Shown here piece by piece: positions 26,329 through 39,112 of a DNA stretch of 64,000 nucleotides; within the stretch, counting starts at the first letter, position 1; every line of letters starts with the position of its first letter. The position numbers and the translations under genes were made by a program. Under the pieces are notes generated by a model. That model was given only the letters and a program-made list of their open reading frames with translations. It ran no database searches and had not been told where the DNA came from. Source of the DNA: Tepidisphaera sp. (GTDB taxonomy: Bacteria; Planctomycetota; Phycisphaerae; Phycisphaerales; UBA1924); assembly GCA_050916045.1 (NCBI GenBank), contig CP051526.1:3904001-3968000 (forward strand), written 5' to 3'.

Positions 26329-29300
26329 TCAACGAACCGGAGCGTCGAGCACCACGGAGACCGGCGAAGCCGCGGGCCCCGCGGTGATGATCACTTTGCC
26401 GTCCGCGAGACTGATCCGCGTGGGCGCGTCGTAAAGGGTGAGCCGCTGCTCGTGACTCAGCACCCCGGAGGGCAGGTCGACGAACCAGAGCATCACGCTG
26501 CGGCGTCCGTCACGGTCGGGCTCGGCTTCGCTCTGCAGGTAGACCGCGAAACGATCGCCGATCGCGGTAAGGAAGGGCCCCATCGCCAAAGGGAGAGGAT
26601 CGGCGGCTCCCTCGACCGCCCCCTGCCTCGTGAAGGCCGTGAGGCCGAGTTCGGTCGCGATGAGAATCGTGCTCTTGGGACCCGGGAGCACGTGGAGCAT
26701 CTGATCATCGGGCCCGCGACGACGGCGAAGGTCGGCGAGCCCGGCTTGGGACTGAAGCAGGATCGGCGCCGGAGAGTCTGACGAGCAATCGAACATCCAC
26801 GGCCGCTCATCGCCGGAGAGCACCATCGCACGGTCGCCGACGATCCAGCATTCCTGCGTCTTGGCCGCCAACGAGCCGGCGAAGAGCCTGGTCGCGCCGC
26901 CCGTCTTGGGATCAAGTCGCCAGATGGAATCGTCAAGGCCCATGATGACCCGATCGCCCGCGGGCCGGATCCAGCGCGGGCTTGAGGGAAGCGGCTGTCG
27001 CTCATCCCCAAGCACGGCGAAGGGTGTGCCGGTGGCGAGATCGGCGGTGATGATCCGGGGCTGCTGCGGCGTTTCCATCTCGCCCAGCAGCACGAGCTTG
27101 CCGTCGATCGCGGCGGCGTCGTACACAAGCGTGACGTCGAGCCGCTTGGCCCAGATGGACTTGCCCGTCGCAAGATCAAACGCGGCCGCCGCGCCCGAAC
27201 GCCTGAGCAGGACCAGCGTCTTCCCGTCGATCACCGCGAGCACGCTCGACGGGTCGACTTCCTCATCCTGCGGCGTGCGGCCTCGGACGCCGTCGGCGGG
27301 CTCGGGAGGCAGGAGCGTGTCCAGAGGCTCGGTCGTCCACTTCGTCTGGCCGTCGGGCGCGATGCACTCGACCACCGGGCCGCGTTCGCCGGGCTGGTAG
27401 AGGTAGGAGACGTCCCAATCGACCCGCAGGAATGAAGGGGGAAGGGCCCGAGCATCGGTGCTTCGGGTCCAGAGCGGGACCAGCCTGCCGTCTTCCGGAC
27501 GGCGTCCCCAGACGCCGACCTGGCGTGTGGATGACGAGGCCATCGGAATCTGATCCGTCGCCCGGCCGGAAACAGAAGCAAGGCGCGGCTTAACGATCGT
27601 CCATCCGGCGAGGAGCTGAGGCGGGCCAACGAGTTTGTTGCCGATCTCGGGCCTGCGGTCGCGTTCGCTCAGGCTCTTGGCGAGGGCGGCGGAGAGTGCG
27701 GCACGATCGAGGGTGCCGCTCGCGTCGGAGAGGGGCGCGCCGGGCGCCTGGATGTCCAGTGCGTTGAGCAATCGCCAGGCTTCTCCCTCGCGTCCGTGCT
27801 GGGCCAAAAGGGTGAGCAGCCGGCCGGCGGCGGCCGCAGAATCGGGGGGCATGGGCTGGCGGGTCGCGGCGGCGATGGTGCGCGAGGCTTCCAAAGCTGC
27901 GCCGAGGTCCGACATGGCCTGAGCGTGCTGCTGGAGCGCGAGGCGCTTGTCGGCGGCGGCGGTGAGAACGGCGACGGCGGCGCGACTGGCCGGGAATCGA
28001 CGGGCGAACGCTTCGCCAGCTTCGGGAGAGTCTTCGAGCTGGGCGCGCTCGCGGTCGGCTTGGGCGGCGAACGGTCCGTAAGGCTCGTACCCGACGCGTG
28101 CGAGGAGGTTGCCCAGGCGCTCGCGAGCGGCTTCCCAACCGGGGACGAGCGCGGGGCCCGTGCGGAGCGCGGAAGGGACGACCGCCGCGGCGAGATCCGG
28201 CTGCTGGAGCACGGCTTGGAGCGACTCGATCGCGGCGCTGTGCCGCCCCTGCGCATCCGAAGCCCACGACGCGAGAAGAAGGTGCTCGGCGCGCTCGGAG
28301 GGGGTATCCGCCGCCCGGCCCAGGCGCGCCAGCAGAGGGTCGATCTGAGCCAGCGGCACCACGGTGGCCGTGCGGTCCCGCGGCGCGCCGGCTTCGACGA
28401 CCACATCGCGTGAAGCGACCACGGTGCCGCGGAGGAGTTCAAAGAGCGAGCGGCGCGCCGCTTGGCTTGCCGGATCGGCCGGATCGATGTCGAGGACCGC
28501 GAGCAGGCGATCCGCCGCCGCCGGGACGCCGTCCACCTTGCCGGCACGCAGCGCGATCCGCACGTACGCGAGACCGGGAGCGGCATCCTTTGGAGCGGCG
28601 TCGATCGCCGCGTTGAGCTTGGGCTCGACCGACTCCCAGGCTTGGAAGCTTCGCACCGCCGAGACCGACGCCATGAAGAGCTGACCGTCCGCGACCACCG
28701 GATGGCCCGAAGCCGCAAGCGGCAGCGAGATCGGGGTCGTCGGCGCATCCGGATTCACCACCTGCAGACCCTCGGACGTCGGGATGAGCAGCGTGCGGCC
28801 GCTCACCACCGGCCGCCCGAGAAGCAGCGCCCCGCGACGGAGCGTCACGTTCTGCATCAACGACTCGGTGACGTTCTGCATCGGGTAGATGTTGATGCCC
28901 GAAGCGTTCATCGCGGCGAGATGATCGCCGACGCGGATCAGCGTTCGCGGCTGATCGTTGCGGTCCAGAATTCGCCGGCCCACCAGGCGGCCGTCCGTTC
29001 GCGAGAGACGAACAAGGTCGCCCGTGCCCGGCTCGGTCGTCAGGAGCACGCCGCCGTCGACCACGATCGATGAGCCGAGCCACGGCAGCGTCTCGCCGCG
29101 GCGGGAGAACCGGAACGGCTCGTCGAAGCCGGAGCCTTCCAGCCGATGCACCCAGACGAACCGGCCGGTTGAGGCTTCGATCGCCGCCGTCACGCCCAGC
29201 GAGTCCGTGAGGTAGACGACGCCGCCCACCGCGACGGGCTGGTCCGCCGGACGGGCAAGCTGTCCGATCGGCGGGAGCCCGATGTTCGCCAGCGTCCGCA

Positions 29301-30603
29301 CCCAGCGCAGCGCGCCGGTCGAGCAATCAAGCCCGACGAGCAGCGAGGAAGCAAGACGCCGGCCCGTCGAGAATCGGTCCGCCGCCACCACCACCGTGTC
29401 ACCGACGATGATCGCGGCGCCGCGCACGCTTGATTCTGCGAGCTGCCGGTCAAGCCGGGAGAGCTCAACGCTCCAAAGCGGGGTGCCCAGAGCTGGGTCA
29501 AAGGCGTGAATCCGCGCGTCCCCGTTGCGGCGGGCGTTGTTGACCGCGAATCCCGTCGTTGCGACGACAATGCCCGACCCGACGGTGACCGTCGAGGAAT
29601 CCTCGAGCGAGCGTGTGGCGTTTTCGAGGCCGTTCACCCCGCCCTGGTCGGGAAATCCGATGGCGTCCGGGTCGTCGGTCAGCGTCGAGTGCCGCCACCT
29701 GGGGACCAGCGTCCAACGGTCCCACGCCACGATCTCGACGCCGTCGTTGGTGTACAGCGTGTCGCCGACGACGGTCGGGATCGTCCACGGAGCGGCGCTG
29801 GCTTCGGCTCCGGGCTTGGCGCCCCGGGCGAAGGTTGCGATCTCCGCCGAGGCGAGCGGCTCGGAAGCGACGGTGCGGAGGTCGAGGGGTCCCTGATCCG
29901 ATCCGGGCTGCAGGCTTCGAAGCTTGGCACGGGGAGGCTCGGCGGCGGGCGTGATCGTCGGGGGCGTGCGCCCGGCGGCGCGTGCGAGCGCCACGGCGAG
30001 GTCGCCGGCGGAAGGGGTGTAGCGGGCGATCTCGCCGGCCAGATCCGCAGCCCGCTTGGCGCCCTCGCCGGTCAGATCGGGGTGGACCTGAAGCTGCGAG
30101 AGGCGGAGAGCGGCGCCTTCGAACCGGGCACTTTCGAGATCGCGACGGGCGAGACGCAGAGCGGCTTCAAACCCGCCGCTGGTCAGAAGCCGGGAGCGTT
30201 CGACCTCGGCGAGCTTTCCTTCGGCCACGAGCGCTTCGGCTCGCGGGCTTTCAAGCTGCCGGTACCGAGCGAGGAGCGCGGGGTCGGCGAGGAGCAGTTC
30301 GTGCACCCGCCCCCGGACGCTGATGAACAGGTTGGGGTCCGCTGCGGTGGCGACCAGACGATCGCCTTCCTCATCGAGCAGGCGCTGGGCGACGCGGAGC
30401 ACTTCGACGAGGTTGCCGGAGGATTGGAGGTCGGGGATGCGCTGAAAGGACTCGGTCGCCGCGACCGAATCGTCGACGTAGACGGCGGACTGCTGGGCTA
30501 TCGCCGGAGCGGAGAGCATCGTGCCGGCCAGGAGGGACAGAACCCACGCGGGGCCGAGTTTCACCCGTCCCCTTCGCGTGCCAGCCTTTGAGCCCGCTGC
30601 CAT
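26329..30603 (-). CDS. Large secreted PQQ-like beta-propeller (BamB-like) protein with helical/TPR-like segments
   Basis: Signal peptide; repeated AFDPALGTPLW, LDCSTGALRW, AIEASTGRFVW, AFDLATGKSIW motifs in two clusters. Confidence 0.8.
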   Translation of the reverse strand: MAAGSKAGTRRGRVKLGPAWVLSLLAGTMLSAPAIAQQSAVYVDDSVAATESFQRIPDLQSSGNLVEVLRVAQRLLDEEGDRLVATAADPNLFISVRGRVHELLLADPALLARYRQLESPRAEALVAEGKLAEVERSRLLTSGGFEAALRLARRDLESARFEGAALRLSQLQVHPDLTGEGAKRAADLAGEIARYTPSAGDLAVALARAAGRTPPTITPAAEPPRAKLRSLQPGSDQGPLDLRTVASEPLASAEIATFARGAKPGAEASAAPWTIPTVVGDTLYTNDGVEIVAWDRWTLVPRWRHSTLTDDPDAIGFPDQGGVNGLENATRSLEDSSTVTVGSGIVVATTGFAVNNARRNGDARIHAFDPALGTPLWSVELSRLDRQLAESSVRGAAIIVGDTVVVAADRFSTGRRLASSLLVGLDCSTGALRWVRTLANIGLPPIGQLARPADQPVAVGGVVYLTDSLGVTAAIEASTGRFVWVHRLEGSGFDEPFRFSRRGETLPWLGSSIVVDGGVLLTTEPGTGDLVRLSRTDGRLVGRRILDRNDQPRTLIRVGDHLAAMNASGINIYPMQNVTESLMQNVTLRRGALLLGRPVVSGRTLLIPTSEGLQVVNPDAPTTPISLPLAASGHPVVADGQLFMASVSAVRSFQAWESVEPKLNAAIDAAPKDAAPGLAYVRIALRAGKVDGVPAAADRLLAVLDIDPADPASQAARRSLFELLRGTVVASRDVVVEAGAPRDRTATVVPLAQIDPLLARLGRAADTPSERAEHLLLASWASDAQGRHSAAIESLQAVLQQPDLAAAVVPSALRTGPALVPGWEAARERLGNLLARVGYEPYGPFAAQADRERAQLEDSPEAGEAFARRFPASRAAVAVLTAAADKRLALQQHAQAMSDLGAALEASRTIAAATRQPMPPDSAAAAGRLLTLLAQHGREGEAWRLLNALDIQAPGAPLSDASGTLDRAALSAALAKSLSERDRRPEIGNKLVGPPQLLAGWTIVKPRLASVSGRATDQIPMASSSTRQVGVWGRRPEDGRLVPLWTRSTDARALPPSFLRVDWDVSYLYQPGERGPVVECIAPDGQTKWTTEPLDTLLPPEPADGVRGRTPQDEEVDPSSVLAVIDGKTLVLLRRSGAAAAFDLATGKSIWAKRLDVTLVYDAAAIDGKLVLLGEMETPQQPRIITADLATGTPFAVLGDERQPLPSSPRWIRPAGDRVIMGLDDSIWRLDPKTGGATRLFAGSLAAKTQECWIVGDRAMVLSGDERPWMFDCSSDSPAPILLQSQAGLADLRRRRGPDDQMLHVLPGPKSTILIATELGLTAFTRQGAVEGAADPLPLAMGPFLTAIGDRFAVYLQSEAEPDRDGRRSVMLWFVDLPSGVLSHEQRLTLYDAPTRISLADGKVIITAGPAASPVSVVLDAPVR

Positions 30604-30764
30604 CAGGTGTGTCCTTGTCCAGTGGCCGAATAGAACCCGTGAACGACGCGGGTGCCCATAACCATCTTTCGGCCGTTCCGACCGTTAAGTTCGACGAACT
30701 CTAGCGGGACCGGGGGGTGTTATTTCACGACGGGCTCGGATCCGGCCGATCGCAGTCTGAAGCG

Positions 30765-31277
30765 ATGACCGCCACGCCACACGCATCCCGATCGGAAGCC
30801 GCTTCGCTGCTGGCGCGAGCTTCGGGGCCGGTCTCGGCCCCGGTCGTCCCGATTCGGAGCGCCTCTGTGTGGTCCGCGGTTCGCGCGGGGCTGGCAAGCC
30901 GGCAGACCCGGGTCCGGATCCTGCTGGCGGGCGTGGTCGTCATGAGCCTGGTCGATCTGGACCTCACGCTCGTCTATGCCCGCACGACGGGCATGGTGGA
31001 GCAGAACCCCATCGCCCGGGAGATCATGAGCACGGGTTCGGCGTGGCTTCTGGTCGCGTGGAAGCTGTTCACGGTGGCGGTGGCGGTGGGTTTGCTCTAC
31101 CACGCGCGGCGGCACCGGGCGGGCGAGCTTGGGTCGTGGCTTTGCATCGCGGTGCTCTGCTGGCTGACGGCCCGGTGGCTGAACTACAACGAGGAACTCC
31201 AACTGCTTCAGTGCGCCGCGACGGCGGAGGCGGTGCGGATGGACCCCAAGTTCGTCCTGATCGAACCCAAGGACTGA
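30765..31277 (+). CDS. DUF5658-like membrane protein
   Basis: MSLVDLDLT...MVEQNPIAR...AWKL pattern with three TM helices. Confidence 0.7.
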   Translation: MTATPHASRSEAASLLARASGPVSAPVVPIRSASVWSAVRAGLASRQTRVRILLAGVVVMSLVDLDLTLVYARTTGMVEQNPIAREIMSTGSAWLLVAWKLFTVAVAVGLLYHARRHRAGELGSWLCIAVLCWLTARWLNYNEELQLLQCAATAEAVRMDPKFVLIEPKD

Positions 31278-31302
31278 TTTCGCCGCGGGGCTTCCGCGCA
31301 TG

Positions 31303-31329
31303 AAAAACCCCCGGCTCGGGCCGGGGGTT
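31303..31329 (-). terminator. Intrinsic terminator for ppdK (possibly bidirectional)
   Basis: aacccccgg-ctcggg-ccgggggtt with A5 run, between convergent genes. Confidence 0.75.
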
Positions 31330-31361
31330 GGATTCAATTCAGGATTCCCGCGGGGGAACGC

Positions 31362-34142
<2,781 letters not shown>

Positions 34143-34367
34143 GAAAGATCCCTTCTTCGCTCGCCGCAACTGCGGCGGTGGCAACGGCTTGCGAGACATG
34201 TGTGTTCCGAAACACGGCGTCTCGTTGCATCAACAGACCTCGGTCTGTTCGTAGAACGATCGGTACCATGGCCGAGCGTTCCAACAAGGGGAATCTTAGG
34301 AAGGTCGTGGACTCGGGACGAATTCGAAGAGGCTTTGCCCGAGCCGATTCCACCTACCCTGAACATT

Positions 34368-35717
34368 GTGTCGGTGTTTCATGCGTCAACCCCCGCTCGC
34401 GCACGCCCGCTCGATCACGAACGCACCCCTGAACAAGTGATTCTTGAGTGGCCGTCGGACTTGCCTCTCGCCGCATTCGGCGTCGGGGGCGCTTCACCGT
34501 GGTCGCGCTGGGCGGTGCTCGCGGTGCCATCGCGGACGGTGCGGTGCGCCCGGGGCGTGTCGCCGACGGCCGCTCTGGAGCAGGTCTTCGGCGGGCCGGT
34601 GACGGGTGTCGCCGAGGGCGAGCCGCCGTTTCTCGGCGGGTGGATCGGGTGGCTGGGATACGAACTTGGCGCGGAACTTGAGCCGAAAGCGGCGTCGCGT
34701 CCGCTCGGAAAGGACGACCGCGGGTGGCCGACCCTCGTCTTTCACCGCTGCGACACCGCGTGGTGCTTTGACAAGCTTGAGCGGCGCTGGTGGATGACGG
34801 GAGCCGTGCCTGGCGACCTGCCCCGGGGCGGCGACCCACGAACGGCCGCTCCTCTGTCGCCGATGCTCACTCCGGCGATCGGTGCCCGCGAGCGGTACGA
34901 GGGGGCGGTGTCACGGGCCCGCGAGTACATCCGCGCGGGCGACATCTACCAGGTCAATCTGGCTCACCGGCTTTCATGCGCGTTCAAAGGAGACCCTCTG
35001 GCCCTGATGCCGGGGCTGATCCGCGCGGCCGAGCCGTGGTTTGGCGCGTGGGTCGCGGATGAGCATGCGGGCAAGCGGAACGCGGTGATCTCGGCGAGCC
35101 CCGAGCTTCTTTTCCGGTTCCAAGCCGCGACGCGCACGCTCACCACCAGACCGATGAAGGGCACGAGACCCGCGGGCGAGACGAGAGCGCTCGAAGCCTC
35201 GCTCAAGGATCGCGCCGAGCTTGCGATGATCGTCGACCTGATGCGCAACGACCTGGGGCGGGTGTGCTCGTTCGGTTCCGTCCGCGTGGATGAGCCGCGC
35301 GTGATCGAATCGCACGGTCGGGCGGGGGCGAGCGTGCTTCAGGCGGTTTCGAGCGTGTCGGGACGGCTACGGGAGTCTCTGTCCCTCGTCGATGTGGTCC
35401 GGGCGGTCTTTCCGGGGGGGAGCATCACCGGCGCTCCCAAGATCCGCGCGATGCAGATCATCGAGGAGCTCGACGAAGCCGCTCGCGGGCCGTACTGCGG
35501 CGCGGTCGGGTATGTGAGTGATTCCGGCGATGCGTGCTTCAACGTCGCGATCCGCACGCTCGCGATCTCGGGGGAAGCCGGTCCGGGACGCACGATCAGC
35601 CGCGGCGTGGCGGACTACTGGGTCGGCGCGGGGATCGTGGCGGACAGCGATCCGGCGGCGGAATGGGAGGAGACGCTTGTGAAAGCGTCGCCGATCCGCG
35701 CGGCGTTCGGAGGGTGA
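34368..35717 (+). CDS. pabB: Chorismate-binding enzyme (aminodeoxychorismate synthase component I, PabB/TrpE family)
   Basis: GDIYQVNL, SASPELL, RPMKGT, KDRAELAMIVDLMRNDLGRV, FPGGSITGAPK, GAGIVADS; start inferred. Confidence 0.8.
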   Translation: MSVFHASTPARARPLDHERTPEQVILEWPSDLPLAAFGVGGASPWSRWAVLAVPSRTVRCARGVSPTAALEQVFGGPVTGVAEGEPPFLGGWIGWLGYELGAELEPKAASRPLGKDDRGWPTLVFHRCDTAWCFDKLERRWWMTGAVPGDLPRGGDPRTAAPLSPMLTPAIGARERYEGAVSRAREYIRAGDIYQVNLAHRLSCAFKGDPLALMPGLIRAAEPWFGAWVADEHAGKRNAVISASPELLFRFQAATRTLTTRPMKGTRPAGETRALEASLKDRAELAMIVDLMRNDLGRVCSFGSVRVDEPRVIESHGRAGASVLQAVSSVSGRLRESLSLVDVVRAVFPGGSITGAPKIRAMQIIEELDEAARGPYCGAVGYVSDSGDACFNVAIRTLAISGEAGPGRTISRGVADYWVGAGIVADSDPAAEWEETLVKASPIRAAFGG

Positions 35718-35748
35718 CGCCGCGGGGTCTAGGATTGTCGGATCACGC

Positions 35749-35832
35749 GCGGGCGTGGCGGAACTGGCAGACGCGCGGGACTTAGGATCCCGTGGCCGAA
35801 AGGCTTTGCAGGTTCGATTCCTGTCGCCCGCA
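35749..35832 (+). tRNA. tRNA-Leu(TAG)
   Basis: GCGGGCG/CGCCCGC acceptor stem, CGGGA-CTTAGGA-TCCCG anticodon arm, long variable arm, GGTTCGATTCC. Confidence 0.96.
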
Positions 35833-35840
35833 TTTCGCGA

Positions 35841-38198
35841 TCAGCAACCGGCTTCGAAAGCCCGGATGAACGCTTCGTAGTCGTTGAGGTTCACCAGCCG
35901 GTCGCCGGTGAGGTCGGCGCGGGGGTCGCCCGCTTCGTAGGCGGTGATGAAGTCGATGTGGTCGAAGAAGTCGACGAACCCGTCGTCGTTGGCGTCGGCG
36001 GGTGTGGTGTGCTGGAGCGTCGGCCTGGGCATGAGGATCACCCGGCGGCTTGCGGTCGTCGCCGTGATGTCAAAGCGTGCATCGCCGCAGCCGCGGCCGC
36101 TGCGAACGGTGATGTCGAAGACGCCCGCGGAGGGAGAGGTGACGCTTTCGGCGCTCGCACCTTCGCCGCCGGCACCGCCGGCGCGTTCGAGGATGACGCT
36201 TGCGTTCTCAGTGACGGTCGCGCCGCGCCAATCGCGGAGCGTAACGCGGAGCGTGCGCCGCGCGACACCGTCGGCGGGGACGTCGCTCCGAGGGAGCCAT
36301 TCGGCGACGCTTGTGACGGCGTCGGGCTCGCCGATGAGGTCCTCGCGCCACGCGTCGTAGAGCCCGCGAAGCTGGAAGACCGGGTCGGGGTCGCTCCGCT
36401 GCTGGTTGGCGATGTTGAACTCCATGAACCCCGAACCCGACGCGCAACCGGCGTTCTCGAAGTTCGGAAGCCGTCCCGGGCCCGCGAGGTTGGTCATGGT
36501 GACAACCGTCCCCCCGCCGGTGGAGTACAGCACGTCCAGGTCGCCGTCGGCGTCCATGTCGATCGCGTTCAAGCGGTTGGGCGTGAAGCCTGCTTGCCAG
36601 AAGCCCGAAGCCGTGAAGACGCCGCTTCCGGACCCGCGGAAGAGGGCGATGCGGCCGGAGCTGGATGCGGTGAGAAGGTCGATGATGCCGTCGCCGTCGA
36701 TGTCGGCGGCGTCCAGACCCGCAAGGGTGCCGATGTTGGTGAGGGCGATGTCCGATGCTTGATTGGCGGGGTCGCGGATGATGGTGATGATCGATCCGGC
36801 GGCGAACAGAACGTCCGCTCGCCCGTCGCCCGTCACGTCGCGCACGAGCAGCGACGTGACCACCGCGGGCAGGCCGGTCCGCAAGGGCTGGAGCGTGAAT
36901 CCGCCGACGCCGTCTCCGATGAGACTCTGAAGCGTGCGGGATCCGCCGGCGTGCGCCGTGACGAGATCCGTGCGACCGTCGCCGCTCACATCTCCGGCCG
37001 CGAGCAGCGTGGCGTTGGCAGGGACGGCGAACCGGGTCTGTGCCGCGAAGGTGCCGTCGCCGACTCCGAGGAGCACCGACACGTCGTTGGACGACAGGTT
37101 CAGCGTCACGATGTCAAGCCCGGCCGCTCCGTTGATGTCCGCGGTCACGATCGGCCCGGGGTTGTCGCCCGCCGGAAAGACCGACGCCGTGGAAAAGCTC
37201 GGCGGGCCGCCGCCCGGGTTGCGCCGGAGGTACACCACGCGGTCTGTCGTTCCCAGACAGCCGACCATGTCCATCAGGCCGTCGGAGTTCGCGTCGATCG
37301 CGGTGAGGCCGCGGATCGCTCCGCCGCCGGGGCTGAACGTCGTGTCCGCGAAGCGAAGCACATCGGCTTCGGAGGTGTTGAGGAGCGAGACGAGGCCCGG
37401 CGGCGAGCCCTGCACGCCGAGAAAGACGTCGGGCTTGCCGTCGGAGGTCGCGTCGAAGATCACCGGTGGCGTCGCGCCGGACTGCGTGCGATAGACGCCG
37501 CGACAGCTCCACACGTCGCCCGCGCGGGCGATGAGCATGTACGCGATGTCCGCGCTCTTGGTAAAGGTCGGGGGCGGCGCCCCGCACCCATCGGCGTCGT
37601 TGGGATTGCAGGAGCAGCGACCATCTCCGCCCATCGACCGGGCCGCTTCCATCGCCGCCATCAGCTTGGCCGCGACATCACCGGGCGTCGTCTCGATCGC
37701 GATGACCGCGCGGTCAACGACGGGCGGGCCGGTGAGGACGTTGCCCTGCACGGCGTAGACGAGGTCGCCAACGCGGCCGGTGCGCCCGCCGGCCCAGGCA
37801 CCGGCTCCGGTTCCCGAGAAGGTGAGCGTGCCGCCGCGGGTATCCGCGATGCCGTATTGCCGCGTCTGGTGCCCGCTATCCCGCGCGGCGAGACCCGCGA
37901 GGATGGCTTCCATCGAATCGCCGGCGAGAAGCCGGTCGCGGATGTAGGTGCGGTTGAGGCCGGCGGCGTCGACGAACGACTGCGCCGTGGCCGCCCCGAC
38001 GCCGGTGATGAGAACCGGCGTGTTGGCTTGGAGGTCAAATCCGGTCAGGCAGGTCGCGGAGGCCGCCGCGACCTCTCCCGTGCGCACATCGATAATGATG
38101 ATCGACCAGGTGCCGCGGGCCGCGTCCACTGACGCGACCAGACCCGCGACCGCTCCGAGCACCGCTCCCGACCACGGCCCGATCCTGAAACGACCCAT
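35841..38198 (-). CDS. Secreted DUF1028 (Ntn-hydrolase-like) protein with FG-GAP/VCBS repeats, Ig-like domain and GC-ending dockerin-like tail
   Basis: TWSIII...ATQS...RQYGI...QGNVL...GGDGRC; multiple DxxxDGxxD repeats; ADANDDGFVDFFD...FEAGC. Confidence 0.82.
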   Translation of the reverse strand: MGRFRIGPWSGAVLGAVAGLVASVDAARGTWSIIIIDVRTGEVAAASATCLTGFDLQANTPVLITGVGAATAQSFVDAAGLNRTYIRDRLLAGDSMEAILAGLAARDSGHQTRQYGIADTRGGTLTFSGTGAGAWAGGRTGRVGDLVYAVQGNVLTGPPVVDRAVIAIETTPGDVAAKLMAAMEAARSMGGDGRCSCNPNDADGCGAPPPTFTKSADIAYMLIARAGDVWSCRGVYRTQSGATPPVIFDATSDGKPDVFLGVQGSPPGLVSLLNTSEADVLRFADTTFSPGGGAIRGLTAIDANSDGLMDMVGCLGTTDRVVYLRRNPGGGPPSFSTASVFPAGDNPGPIVTADINGAAGLDIVTLNLSSNDVSVLLGVGDGTFAAQTRFAVPANATLLAAGDVSGDGRTDLVTAHAGGSRTLQSLIGDGVGGFTLQPLRTGLPAVVTSLLVRDVTGDGRADVLFAAGSIITIIRDPANQASDIALTNIGTLAGLDAADIDGDGIIDLLTASSSGRIALFRGSGSGVFTASGFWQAGFTPNRLNAIDMDADGDLDVLYSTGGGTVVTMTNLAGPGRLPNFENAGCASGSGFMEFNIANQQRSDPDPVFQLRGLYDAWREDLIGEPDAVTSVAEWLPRSDVPADGVARRTLRVTLRDWRGATVTENASVILERAGGAGGEGASAESVTSPSAGVFDITVRSGRGCGDARFDITATTASRRVILMPRPTLQHTTPADANDDGFVDFFDHIDFITAYEAGDPRADLTGDRLVNLNDYEAFIRAFEAGC

Positions 38199-38350
38199 TC
38201 GTGATTCTCCCTCGCCCGCTGGGCGAACACCTGTTATACCACAGAAACCTCGGAACTCCGCCGGAAAGTTGAGCCAAGGGGCGAGTTCCCATAATGCGGT
38301 ATGCTCCCCGGGTGCCCACGCTTGAACCTGACCACCTGCTGGAGGTTTCC

Positions 38351-39112
38351 ATGCCCCTTCGATACGTTGTTTCGGTTGGATGCACCGTCGCGATCACCCT
38401 GATTCTCGGGGCGTGCGCTCATGCCCCGGCGGTTTCGCCCGCCGAGTCTCTGGCGGTCGCGCCGACATGCAAAGCTCTGGTTCCCGAGTTTCACACGGGC
38501 ACCGAGGCGCGGCACGAACGCTTCAACGCGATCTCCAAGGAGGGCAAAGCCCGGGTCGTCTTCCTCGGGGACTCGATCACGCAGGGGTGGGAAGGGCCGG
38601 GTCGGGCCGTCTGGACGGAGAAGTTTGAGCCGCTCGGCGCGGCGAACTTCGGCATCAGCGGGGATCGGACCGAGCACGTGCTTTGGCGGCTGGAGCACGG
38701 GAACTTTGACGGGCTCAAGCCCGAGTTGATCGTGGTGATGATCGGGACCAACAACACGGGCCATCGCAAGGACCCGTCGGCGGAGACGGCCGCCGGGGTG
38801 CTCACGATTGTCGAGAAGCTTCAGGCCAAGTGCCCGGATGCGAGGATCCTGCTGCTTGCGATCTTCCCTCGCGGCGAGACCAAGAGTGATCCGCTCCGCG
38901 TGCTGAACGACGGGGCCAACGCGCTGGTTCGCGAGCGGGTCGACGGCAAGCGGGTGGTCTGGCTTGATGTCGGCGACAAGTACCTGAACGCGGATGGCAC
39001 GATGAAGAAAGACCTCATGCCCGACGTGCTTCACCCCAACGAGAAGGGGTACGTCGTGTGGGGCGAGGCGATCGAGGGCAAGGTGCGGTCGATGCTCGGC
39101 GACGCGCGTTAA
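38351..39112 (+). CDS. SGNH/GDSL hydrolase (PAF-acetylhydrolase-like) lipoprotein
   Basis: ILGAC lipobox, FLGDSITQGW, GISGDRT, IGTNN, PDVLHP; GGAGG SD. Confidence 0.92.
   Translation: MPLRYVVSVGCTVAITLILGACAHAPAVSPAESLAVAPTCKALVPEFHTGTEARHERFNAISKEGKARVVFLGDSITQGWEGPGRAVWTEKFEPLGAANFGISGDRTEHVLWRLEHGNFDGLKPELIVVMIGTNNTGHRKDPSAETAAGVLTIVEKLQAKCPDARILLLAIFPRGETKSDPLRVLNDGANALVRERVDGKRVVWLDVGDKYLNADGTMKKDLMPDVLHPNEKGYVVWGEAIEGKVRSMLGDAR

Noticed and set aside
35749..35900. tRNA-Leu as an integration site for an island
   Set aside because: No integrase, no duplicated tRNA 3' end noticed and no obvious compositional shift
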